From Methanoregula sp. (GTDB lineage: Archaea > Halobacteriota > Methanomicrobia > Methanomicrobiales > Methanospirillaceae), in assembly GCA_039698055.1 (NCBI GenBank), contig JBDKTL010000017.1, positions 22,521-86,520 on the forward strand: a stretch of DNA of 64,000 nt, written 5' to 3'. The position numbers were made by a program, and so were the translations under genes. Of the stretch, positions 9,893 to 18,892 are shown one piece after another (the stretch's first letter is position 1; every line of letters starts with the position of its first letter). The notes below the pieces were generated by a model that had not been told where the DNA came from, made no database searches, and worked only from the letters and a program-made list of their open reading frames with translations.

Positions 9893-10702
9893 ATTTTCTT
9901 TTTTTATATAGCGTTTTAATAGGGCATGGAGTTTATCCGGTTGAGTCCGGGTTGTTGTACCCATCCCCATAATAGAATCCAGAATCCGGTTGTTTTCAGT
10001 CGTCTCGTTTCCCATCATCATAAAGAGAAACATCCGAAGATCCCTTGATACAACTCCGTTCGGTTTGGTTTCCATCCAATCCTGAAATAAACAAAATCTG
10101 AACACTTCTAAAAGACGGTTATACGTACTTACTGCCTTGTCGGAATCGGGAGTAAGAGATAATCTTCGACACACCCATTGGATATTACTTGATGGAGTAT
10201 CCCACGAATAGAGCGTATCTTGGGTAACAGGGTTCAGGATGCAGAATTTGAAGAACGTGGGGGAGGCTTGTAACAGAAGGTGCAGGAGTTCCTTATTCTT
10301 CTCCTCACCTGCGAGAATCCGCTCATCAATAATCAGTTCACGGAGCCATGCACTTTCCCGGAATTTTGGGCGGAGTTCCTTGTAATAATCCATACCATAG
10401 CATACCGTTCCAAGGTGATCAAAATCCCGGAATAATCGATAGCCGGTTCCTTTTCGCCACCGTGATCCTTCCGGACGATAATCCTCAATCGCCTCGATAA
10501 CTCCCTCTTCCACGAGCGTATCCAGCTGCCTGCTGACATACCGGTACTTGTTATCGGTTGTCCCGCTAAAACCGCAATAGTCGGCAATCCCGCCGGTGTT
10601 TGCCACATCATTATCAAGCAAACACGCGACAATCAACTTCTTGATATCTCTTCTTGGTTCCTTGCCCTTTGTATTTTCACTCATATGCTCACGTCTCTCC
10701 AT
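9878..10702 (-). CDS. Putative winged-HTH transcriptional regulator of the element
   Basis: N-terminal wHTH-like pattern (IADYCG...VSRQLDTLVEEGVIE...YRL); convergent with the integrase. Confidence 0.6.
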   Translation of the reverse strand: MERREHMSENTKGKEPRRDIKKLIVACLLDNDVANTGGIADYCGFSGTTDNKYRYVSRQLDTLVEEGVIEAIEDYRPEGSRWRKGTGYRLFRDFDHLGTVCYGMDYYKELRPKFRESAWLRELIIDERILAGEEKNKELLHLLLQASPTFFKFCILNPVTQDTLYSWDTPSSNIQWVCRRLSLTPDSDKAVSTYNRLLEVFRFCLFQDWMETKPNGVVSRDLRMFLFMMMGNETTENNRILDSIMGMGTTTRTQPDKLHALLKRYIKKENSSGN

Positions 10703-10736
10703 TACTCCACAATATGGATAAACCTTGTGTAGTAAT
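10701..10736. promoter_or_regulatory. Operator-like inverted repeat at the start of the wHTH gene
   Basis: ATTACTCCACAA-N12-TTGTGTAGTAAT (11 of 12 positions match). Confidence 0.5.
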
Positions 10737-10936
10737 AGAAAAATTAACTTACGCCGGAGATCTTCGAAAGGATCGCCCTAAAATTATTGCAAATTGTGAT
10801 CCAATGAAGGGTCGATACAGCCATTTCTCAGAAAAAATTGCGATCTAAATAATCCGCATATCAGACTCAAAATGGGAAAATATGCCCTAAATGAGCCTTA
10901 TTTGGGATAAGGGTTAATGGGTAATTGTTGAGTCAC

Positions 10937-11089
10937 ATGCCAAAAATTACTCTGAAACAATTACAGCATCTGCCTGAACTCCATCGGCTCGTCTGCGAAC
11001 AGTTGATCTGGAAGGGATCATGGCAACTGGTCTTGGACGCCGATGAAAAAGCATCCGATCTTGATGCAATCCCCATCTCAACGAGGTGA
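10937..11089 (+). CDS. Small hypothetical protein (50 aa, below the ORF track cut-off)
   Basis: MPKITLKQLQHLPELHRLVCEQLIWKGSWQLVLDADEKASDLDAIPISTR; its end (GAGGTGA) doubles as the SD of the next gene. Confidence 0.55.
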   Translation: MPKITLKQLQHLPELHRLVCEQLIWKGSWQLVLDADEKASDLDAIPISTR

Positions 11090-11093
11090 ACCG

Positions 11094-11471
11094 ATGGGAA
11101 CAGGATTGCGCGGGTACGGATGGTACAAGTGGGACTTGCTGAAGGAGGTCTACTATGCGTTTGAAACTGCGGAATTTACCTACGCAGCAGCGGCCAAGCT
11201 TCCCGGGTTCGACAGAAAGACGTACATGTCTCTGTATTACGACGGGTTGATCACCAAAAAAGTCCAGGGGCGGCCGTCCAAATGGAAACTGAGCGAGGCT
11301 GCCATCAGATCAATTATCGGGTACAACCTGCCCGAGGACGTGGAGTGCGAACCGGAGATCAAACTCTCCGTCCCTCGCCGCTCCAAACGCGCTATACTAC
11401 ATGCCGAAGCATTTGTCGAACAGATCCTCGAAGCCGTTGAGTTTTTTTCAAAGCCGGAGGTGATATCATGA
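11094..11471 (+). CDS. Hypothetical protein with a wHTH-like region
   Basis: SD GAGGTGA before ATG 11094; FTYAAAA..LYYDGLITK...KWKLS pattern. Confidence 0.6.
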   Translation: MGTGLRGYGWYKWDLLKEVYYAFETAEFTYAAAAKLPGFDRKTYMSLYYDGLITKKVQGRPSKWKLSEAAIRSIIGYNLPEDVECEPEIKLSVPRRSKRAILHAEAFVEQILEAVEFFSKPEVIS

Positions 11472-11533
11472 AATGAGTGGCCAATTGACGATACGTTGGA
11501 TCGACATATGACAAGCGCGTAAAGGTGGTAATT

Positions 11534-11956
11534 ATGGAAGACAGCAAAAACAAACTAAAACTACAAGTCAACGATCTCGTTCTAATGAACGTCGTTGGCG
11601 TGGGAGAGGACGGGCCAATCTTTGGAGTCGTTGACCGGGTAGGTACAATGGAACTCCTTGATGAGGAGGCCGTTAAGTCTCCGATACTGGAGAATCCAAG
11701 CGAACAGGCAACGGAGAACATCCCGGAGGTTGAAATGCCGGGAAACGAGGGGATTTCTGACGTGAATGCCTCGGTAATTGCAGAACTGGAAGCCCGGCGG
11801 GCTGCTCTGGATGCTGCGATTCAGGAGTTGAAGAAGGAGGGCGTTGCATATCTTGATCCCACCCCAATTCAAGCCGAAGCTACAACACCACAGTTAGCTA
11901 CCGAGCGAGGGGATGATAATCCTAAAAATGCAATGGTTCGCAGGATACAAGGATAA
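11534..11956 (+). CDS. Hypothetical acidic protein with a coiled-coil segment
   Basis: Open frame containing AELEARRAALDAAIQELKK. Confidence 0.55.
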   Translation: MEDSKNKLKLQVNDLVLMNVVGVGEDGPIFGVVDRVGTMELLDEEAVKSPILENPSEQATENIPEVEMPGNEGISDVNASVIAELEARRAALDAAIQELKKEGVAYLDPTPIQAEATTPQLATERGDDNPKNAMVRRIQG

Positions 11957-12108
11957 TGGGAATGGGCAACAATCAAAACATATTTTTGGATTATATGATA
12001 ATAGAGAGAGTTTCTTAATCTCTCGCTGTATGTTTATTGCTTATAGTCTTTATATATTTGTCCAATTTAATTCATAACAATTATCATTCGCTGGCCCAAT
12101 TCAGGATT

Positions 12109-12702
12109 ATGTTCTGCTACAAATGCGGGGCCGAAAATAAAAACGATGCGACTTTTTGCAGTAAGTGTGGCACGGCCATAGGTACATCAGGTTCTTTGCC
12201 ATCACCGCAGACAAACCACGAACCACTTGAAAAATACAGATTACCTGAGATATCTGACGCGATTTTTGACTCCCTCACCCAGGAACAACAGAGATCATAT
12301 AACCGTAAAGTTCTGGCAAAGAGCGAATACAACCTAGCGAAGGAGAATTATGATACATCAATGAGTCTGGTTGGACCACTCATTTGTATTATCTGTGGTT
12401 TGCTCCTTGCCATTCTCGAAATATACTTAAGTATACTCGTTATAATTGGAATCATCTGGGCGTTCTACCGTGTTGCATCGCGATCTCAGGCATACCAACG
12501 GTTGAAGGACACTGAAGCAGAACTCAAGGCCGCGATTGATGCCGATGCTTCTCAAGCAAGGATGATTTCGCAGACTCCAAGTGTACCCTGTACATTCGAT
12601 AAGGATTTCTGGAAGAACATTACAGTCATCATTATTGTACTAGCTGCGCTCTTCACCATTGTATTTCTAATGATGCTCTACGCACAGGGAAAATTATCCT
12701 GA
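12109..12702 (+). CDS. Zinc-ribbon domain membrane protein
   Basis: MFCYKCG.EN..DATFCSKCG followed by 2-3 hydrophobic segments. Confidence 0.75.
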   Translation: MFCYKCGAENKNDATFCSKCGTAIGTSGSLPSPQTNHEPLEKYRLPEISDAIFDSLTQEQQRSYNRKVLAKSEYNLAKENYDTSMSLVGPLICIICGLLLAILEIYLSILVIIGIIWAFYRVASRSQAYQRLKDTEAELKAAIDADASQARMISQTPSVPCTFDKDFWKNITVIIIVLAALFTIVFLMMLYAQGKLS

Positions 12703-12917
12703 TGGTTGAGGTTCACGCGTCCCGATTCATCAGTCCCCTTGGCTATACCAAAGAGACTGAGATCATTAGAATAACCACAGTAATGTTTGTAGGACAAAAA
12801 CTACATATTTCCACTAATGATCAATATTCTTTCATTAGACAATAGTTTGCAATGACACGAGACATTTTTTTATATTTATGAAGAGAATAGAGAAACAATT
12901 GATTCCCGAGGGATTTT

Positions 12918-13448
12918 TTGTCTTACGATACCTTGTCATTTTTTTCTGCATCGTTGTCTTGCGGCGACTCAACATTTTCAATTATACTCAACGCTCTTGT
13001 TACCTTATTGGGTGCTGCTATTGGCGCGATAATCACGGTATATTTAACAGACCATATCACAAAAAGATCTGAAACGAAAACCAGAAATCAAGTTGCTCAT
13101 AGTCTGCTATTGAAGGTCAAGTCAATAGATGAGAGGTTAAGACATATCCCAACGATTATATCGCTGAATAATTTTAATACAGAAAATCCATTTTTTACAC
13201 GTGTCGAAACAGTTCTTCCAAATATGTCTCTACTAGATTTAGAGACAATATCTCTTTTGAATCGTCTTGAACGCGAGCTTTTCGTTTTAGAAGAGTTCCG
13301 TCAAAAAGTTGTTAATAAAGAATATTATAATAACCATCTCAACGATTTAAATCACGATCTTACTTTTTCTATGATCAATCATGTTACGAAAGCAAAACAG
13401 TATGTGATTGAACTTATTTCTAAATTGATGGAAATTACAATGAACTGA
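12918..13448 (+). CDS. Hypothetical protein with N-terminal membrane anchor
   Basis: ALVTLLGAAIGAIITVYL transmembrane segment; AT-rich; start codon uncertain. Confidence 0.55.
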   Translation: MSYDTLSFFSASLSCGDSTFSIILNALVTLLGAAIGAIITVYLTDHITKRSETKTRNQVAHSLLLKVKSIDERLRHIPTIISLNNFNTENPFFTRVETVLPNMSLLDLETISLLNRLERELFVLEEFRQKVVNKEYYNNHLNDLNHDLTFSMINHVTKAKQYVIELISKLMEITMN

Positions 13449-13563
13449 AATTATTACGGCTATGTAGAAATGCTAAGTTTACTGACGTAAACCAGTGACC
13501 ATAAGTTCTAAGGTACAGTGCCTCCTTCCATTGTTATGCAACACGACATAAGGAGACAAAATA

Positions 13564-13780
13564 ATGTCAGCAAACTGGTATATGAGGTTTGTTGAATTAT
13601 CCTCTTGACTGATCCTTGATTCACGGATTCCCCTGTTCTCGTCGAAGTTTTCGAGAAAAACATATACCCATCACAAGTTACTCATTCTTCTTCTTTTGAA
13701 AGAGTACTTGTCAGAGGATTACCGTGACGCTGCAGAACTCACAGAGATCATGGACTCACTCCGGGAGAAGATCCATTCTT
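13564..13780 (+). pseudogene. Transposase N-terminal remnant (IS4/IS5 superfamily-like)
   Basis: Reads MSANWYMRFVELSS*LILDSRIPLFSSKFSRKTYTHHKLLILLLLKEYLSEDYRD; upstream SD AAGGAG; in-frame TGA at 13606; truncated at a poly-T run. Confidence 0.7.
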
Positions 13781-13915
13781 TTTTTTTTAAAGAAATTCAA
13801 ATTAAAAGTTGGCAAACTATGTCTTTTTACACTCTTGTTAGTGGGAGCGCATTAATTGATTTTTTATATAACACACTGTTGACTGTGAAAAATATTAAAA
13901 TATAGAATAGACTTA

Positions 13916-15061
13916 TTACAAAAGTGCCGTTGACCTGCTTAAGTGAACCTGAGCATTATTCAGGTCCGTTATTCCAGAATAACTGAGGCTTGTACTACCG
14001 TCATGATCTCCAGCATTGTATTTGTCCACAGATAGGACGACTTTATCTGCCGCACTTCGCACGTCATTGAGATATAATATGTATTCTTGTGCGGCTGCTT
14101 TTTTTGTTCCTGCTCCATTGGTCAATTGCTTCATTTCTGGGAGGTTTTGGTCAATATAATTCCGCAATAATACTGCATTAAGACCTGCTTTTAGGTAATC
14201 TCCATTCGTTAAAGAATCTCCAATAATTCTCACAGTTGGGGACATCCAAGTATTCATCTCAGACATTTTATCAAGTGCGGCCTTCTCCCCACTAATGGTG
14301 GTTATCGTAGTTGGCTTTGGATTGGACTCTATCACCGTTGAAGCTGCCGCCATATCATCCTGATATGGATAGTATAGGAATGTTGGGAAATCATCAGTAA
14401 AAATCGTATTTTTCTCCGGTATGTATGTGTAATTATAATGCCCCCCGTTAAGTTCAGTGGTTATATACGAATTACCTCCTTGTGCATGCCAAGTCCCATA
14501 ACCTTCCCATGTCCCTTTATCAGGAGTGTGCATAATCCAAGATTGTGTCCCATTCGCATCAAACCGAACCTTCACATCAGTACCTGAGGCAGAAGCCAAC
14601 CATGTACCAATTATCGGGTCAGTTTTTACTGGGATATATGTCGGTTCTGGCGTGGGTGTGGGAATAACACGTTCATCTATGAAATGTACTTTATAAGAAG
14701 TATCATCAATAATTGTTGCCATTGCGACAACATCGAATGTTTTGGCGTCATTAGGTATGAAAAATTTTACCGCACCACTCTGTCCTTTTGTTATATAGGG
14801 TGTCCTTAACGTTTGTGTAGAGACTTTGACATTATTTTTATCATAGAAATCAACCATAACCGCAAACTGACCCTCTACAGACGAAAGATCCTTAACCGTA
14901 ACTTTAAGGATTGATCCTGAAATCTCCGTGTCTGTTAAAGCCAGTGATGGTGTTGTATCTTCAGTCGATAGACTAGTAGATGATGAATTATCGCTGCAAC
15001 CAGCTACGAAGACAATTAATATTAAAGAAATGCTTAAAACTGCGATATTTTGGATTTTCAT
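13916..15061 (-). CDS. Lipoprotein (hypothetical surface protein)
   Basis: Signal peptide with lipobox VAGC, a PTPTP linker and a DPIIGTW beta-domain motif. Confidence 0.75.
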   Translation of the reverse strand: MKIQNIAVLSISLILIVFVAGCSDNSSSTSLSTEDTTPSLALTDTEISGSILKVTVKDLSSVEGQFAVMVDFYDKNNVKVSTQTLRTPYITKGQSGAVKFFIPNDAKTFDVVAMATIIDDTSYKVHFIDERVIPTPTPEPTYIPVKTDPIIGTWLASASGTDVKVRFDANGTQSWIMHTPDKGTWEGYGTWHAQGGNSYITTELNGGHYNYTYIPEKNTIFTDDFPTFLYYPYQDDMAAASTVIESNPKPTTITTISGEKAALDKMSEMNTWMSPTVRIIGDSLTNGDYLKAGLNAVLLRNYIDQNLPEMKQLTNGAGTKKAAAQEYILYLNDVRSAADKVVLSVDKYNAGDHDGSTSLSYSGITDLNNAQVHLSRSTALL

Positions 15062-15283
15062 TAACAGCCACCCCAATAGTTCTATTTGAGAAAAAGACTT
15101 ATATTACGATTAATATTGTGTTTTTGTATGAGCAATATTTCTTGTAATTGGAAACGCTCTTGTTTTTGGCGTTTAACCGGAAATTAATGCCGCCGATAGG
15201 TACATTTCGGGTCGGGGGCAGTTCCCCGGGGGTGGTGAGGGCATTGATTCCACTACTAGTGAAATAACAATTTAAAAACTAAT

Positions 15284-16045
15284 TTAATCCAAATCAGTTA
15301 CTGCAATCCAAGTACAGCGGCATCCTTCATGGGCTTCTGCATCTATTTTTGCAGCTTCCTCAAGAGTGAAAATTTTTCCGTCTAATGCTGCACACTTATC
15401 ACAGGTCTTCTCATCACGAGCCACCAAACGTTCCAATTTTTTAATCCCAGTTTTTTTGTACCGATCTCTTGCCTCTGAATTAATAGACTTCATCGTTATC
15501 GTGTTAATTAATGATCTCGCACGTTCGAGGTTCACACCATCGACTTGTTCGACAATCTCATGACTAATTTGGCCCAGATTTTTTTCGAACCGGATGCCAT
15601 CGGCAACAATTTTTTTTACTTTTTTTTCGGATTCAATAGACAGTCCTTTTAGTTGGTTTGAATTGCCTTCAATTTGATTCGCAAGTTTCTCAGAGAGTTG
15701 TTGTTTTACTTCCGGAGTGGCCCCTAATCTGATACTGCCATGAGAATTTCCATTTTTTACAAACCATTGTCTCTCTAATTCGTCCATCTGGTCCTCTTTT
15801 ATCAAAACTTTCCTATTATCAAGGGGCCGTGTTTTACTTCGGATAAAATTATGGCAGTTTGGACATTGTTTCTTTTTTAAGGGCATTTTATCAAATTTAA
15901 AATCACAATACGGGCATATTGGTTCAGTATTACCAATCGCGGTAAATTCAATGTCGGAGATCTTTTTTGGGTTATTCCGAGTATCTTGAGATCCATCAGT
16001 ATTTTGTTCAGTTGTAATTCCCCGAAACCAATTTAAAATGCCCAT
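15284..16045 (-). CDS. Zn-ribbon fused to a phage minor head protein (MuF/SPP1 gp7-like) domain
   Basis: CPYC..CPNC at the N-terminus; C-terminal RARSLINT...YKKTG...DEKTCDKCAALDGKIF...HEGCRC. Confidence 0.75.
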   Translation of the reverse strand: MGILNWFRGITTEQNTDGSQDTRNNPKKISDIEFTAIGNTEPICPYCDFKFDKMPLKKKQCPNCHNFIRSKTRPLDNRKVLIKEDQMDELERQWFVKNGNSHGSIRLGATPEVKQQLSEKLANQIEGNSNQLKGLSIESEKKVKKIVADGIRFEKNLGQISHEIVEQVDGVNLERARSLINTITMKSINSEARDRYKKTGIKKLERLVARDEKTCDKCAALDGKIFTLEEAAKIDAEAHEGCRCTWIAVTDLD

Positions 16046-16165
16046 AACACACCATTCATTTTCATCTTAAGAACCGAAATATCTGGTTAATCTAACTGCC
16101 TTGCTCTTCGATCTTGGCATTCTGTTTATCAACCTGTTTCTGAAGTATAGTATTTTCAATGATAC

Positions 16166-16274
16166 GATAAAATTGGCGATCAAGATATGAGAAATAGACC
16201 TGACCTAATGAACAGTTGAATACCTATACGATTTTGGTTTTTTATTGACCGTATCTCTCCGTATCTCTCACGTC
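16166..16274. repeat. 109-bp module, copy A
   Basis: Gap-free match to 17316-17424, about 77% by manual count. Confidence 0.8.
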
Positions 16275-16614
16275 AGAGTGATCACATAAAAATTTCATGC
16301 ACTTTTACCTGCATTTACTATGGTTCTAAGGAAATCACAAAAAAAATATACGGAGCAATACGGTTTTCTCCATTCCGAGTATAGGTTCAGAAAAAAAGCA
16401 GATGTCAAAAGAGTTAATATGATCGCAAGCTGATGGTAATCTGAGCCTAAGGAGGTTCACATTTATGAAAAATGACCAGAATCAGAGGGATTCTGGTTCT
16501 GAAAAAAATCGCTCCATAGCAGCATTTTAACACTGATGGTTCAATGCTCTTTTGTGTGATTGCCTTATCACTTTCATAAGCAATTGTCTACAACTCACAA
16601 TGAAACATACTCGC

Positions 16615-17202
16615 TTAACCTGATCTATTTTGTTGATAGCAGTCAACTCTGACAGGTTGTGGAACGGGTATGAATATGGGTATTGAAAGATCTGTTGAAT
16701 AATCAAGCACTATTTTCTGGGAGTAGGAATTATTCTCAGCATCACAATATTGAATCTCTACTTCAAGTTTGCCTCTTCGTCTTTCTATTGAGGTCCATTC
16801 CCCACAGACAGAAATTCGTTCATTTGTGCCTAATGTGTATAAGTAAAACGATGATTCCGGAGATCCATCAGAACGAGTTTTGATAGTAACTCTTGTTGCA
16901 ACTGGACCATAATTGGATAAATATAAAGTTTTACCTCCTGTACGAGGGTAATCATCACTTTGAACAGATAAAACCGGTTTAATCGCAGATTTTCTTGTTT
17001 CATTATATTGCTTCTCTAACATTTTTAGAGAGTCTTCATTTAGAAGTCTGATTTTTTTGGTTTCAATAAGGTAACCATATGTAACTATTACCAACACTAC
17101 AGTAATGAATACAGAACATCCACTTAATAGGATTTCTTCAATTGGCATACGAATTAAATAATTTTTTAGGGATATAATATCTGGTATCATTAGATCTTTC
17201 AA
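16615..17202 (-). CDS. Hypothetical single-TM protein
   Basis: TM segment (VFITVVLVIVTYGYL) followed by KPVL..LSNYGPVA; start uncertain. Confidence 0.65.
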   Translation of the reverse strand: MKDLMIPDIISLKNYLIRMPIEEILLSGCSVFITVVLVIVTYGYLIETKKIRLLNEDSLKMLEKQYNETRKSAIKPVLSVQSDDYPRTGGKTLYLSNYGPVATRVTIKTRSDGSPESSFYLYTLGTNERISVCGEWTSIERRRGKLEVEIQYCDAENNSYSQKIVLDYSTDLSIPIFIPVPQPVRVDCYQQNRSG

Positions 17203-17315
17203 GAAAAATATGATAGTTCATCAACATATTTTGCTAAAAGATGACTTCTAATATTGCATTTTCCAAAACTCTTTTGTCACATTTCCTTCAAGTGTGAGAT
17301 CATTGTCAATGGCGG

Positions 17316-17424
17316 GATAAAATTGGCGATTTGGACCTTATAAATAACCGTGATCTAATGGACAGTTGAATATGCGTAAGATTTTGATCTGGTATCGACC
17401 GTATCTCTCCATATATTTCACGTC
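17316..17424. repeat. 109-bp module, copy B
   Basis: Shares GATAAAATTGGCGAT, ACAGTTGAATA and GACCGTATCTCTCC with copy A. Confidence 0.8.
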
Positions 17425-17727
17425 GTAATCCCGATAAGAAAAAACCATACAATTTTTGTTGACATTAGTCATACTGACAGTTTGTCCAAATCCACTGCAA
17501 AAGTCATCTCTTTTAAATGCATTCATCTTCCACATCCAGTTCATAATCGTGAAACCCCGATATCTGTCGTTAGTCATGGCCCGGGACAGCCCGGATTATC
17601 AGGAATTGCTGACGTGACTGCGAAAGGATTTGAATCTTAAGTTTTTTTTCATATGCGATTAACATTTTTTAATTGAACTAAAATGCATATATGCTGGAAC
17701 GAGAGTACATATCTGTAGGGATTTTAT

Positions 17728-17919
17728 ATGGAAAGTGACGTTTTCAAAGAGCTGCGGTTAATCCGGCAGGATCTCAAATATATCCGGGCCCATATGGTTG
17801 ACCAGGATATGATTCTTTCTCCTGAAGATAAAGCGCTTCTTGACAAAAGCCGTCAGGAACTCCATGCGGGGAAAACCCGGTCTCTCGATGATGTGATGAG
17901 AGCACGAAATGGTGCTTGA
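17728..17919 (+). CDS. Putative antitoxin (RelB-like partner)
   Basis: 63 aa with ILSPED.ALL...ELHAGKTRSLDDV; overlaps the downstream RelE-like gene. Confidence 0.7.
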   Translation: MESDVFKELRLIRQDLKYIRAHMVDQDMILSPEDKALLDKSRQELHAGKTRSLDDVMRARNGA

Positions 17920-18169
17920 GATTGCCATCGGGCCTAAGGCAGACCGTTTTTTGCTGAGTGTAAACCAACAGATTTTTGATCGGCTGATCAAAAAAATCAG
18001 GGAACTGGCGGTTAATCCCCAGCCTCGTGGTGCCAAAAAAGTTCTCAGCGAGGAAGGGGTTTTCAGGATATGAGTTGGAACGCACCGGATTCTCTATTCA
18101 CTTGAGGAAAATAAGCACGTTCTTCTTATCGTGAATATCGACAAGCGTTCCCGTGTATACAAAAGATAA
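17909..18169 (+). pseudogene. RelE/ParE-family toxin with internal stop
   Basis: MVLEIAIGPKADRFL..IKKIRELAVNPQPRGAKK..VFRI*VGTHRILY..IDKRSRVYKR; TGA at 18071-18073. Confidence 0.85.
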
Positions 18170-18424
18170 TCCATATTATTTATTGCCAAAACGCAAATCA
18201 TCCGAAATTTGATTATCTCATATCAGATAGGGAAAATACTCTACGATTTATTGGTTCTTTTTTAGAATTACGGGCGGCTGTTTAAGGACCCGCAAACAGG
18301 CCCGTAATCGGCTGTGAGATCGAATAGCGGTAATCCAGTTCCCCGGCAAACACTATCCCCGTCGTAGATTGTGACAACCGGACGGTCCCTTCGGGCTCGC
18401 AGGAACGATTGGATCGCACAAAAG

Positions 18425-18892
18425 GGCGAATTATCGATCGTCATTTCCAGACAACGCCCATTTTGGGGAATCCAGGCGAAAATACGGCAGATGATTGCCT
18501 GAAAAAGAACCCTAACAGACCCTTTTGGACGGCCGATCGCATGCCGGGTTGAAGGTACGTGGAGCACAATGAAAAGAAGGCCTGTTTTGAGGCAATGTTC
18601 CGGGGTCGTCTCGTCGGACACCGACGTGAATTTTATCCGGGTACGCATTGTTCCAGGATCGATCATACCCTCACTGACAGGTACGATCGTCGATTCCCTG
18701 CGGATCAATGCTCCGACGGTGATTCCCGTGCCGTGACGACAACCGGCTGATCGTGGTTCTGAATTTAATGTAAAAAATGGCGAATTATCTATCGTCATTT
18801 CCAGACAACGCCCATTTTGAAGAATTCAAACGAAAATACGGCAGGTAATCGTCCGAAAAAGAACCCTAACAGACCCTTTTGGACGGCCGATC
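18425..18892. repeat. Tandem duplication with 354-bp period; 114-bp cores at 18425-18538 and 18779-18892
   Basis: 11 mismatches in 114 nt by manual count, with weaker similarity on both sides. Confidence 0.9.

Larger units (their letters stand above)
8571..16525. mobile_element. Integrative element in tRNA-Glu (attL 8571-8582, attR 16514-16525)
   Basis: Direct repeat CCATAGCAGCAT of the tRNA 3' end, an adjacent integrase, internal terminal inverted repeats (8587-8604 vs 16487-16505) and AT-rich cargo. Confidence 0.8.

Noticed and set aside
11468-11533. Strong SD (GGAGGTGA) and ATG in frame with the 11534 ORF, suggesting TGA readthrough
   Set aside because: Two TGA stops within six codons and no recoding signal; more likely decay or chance.
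18268-18798. 176-aa minus-strand ORF with repeated MTIDNSPF
   Set aside because: The repeat in the protein simply reflects the DNA duplication; no protein-like features.
18425-18892. Possible CRISPR array
   Set aside because: Only two units, far too long, and no cas genes in the window.
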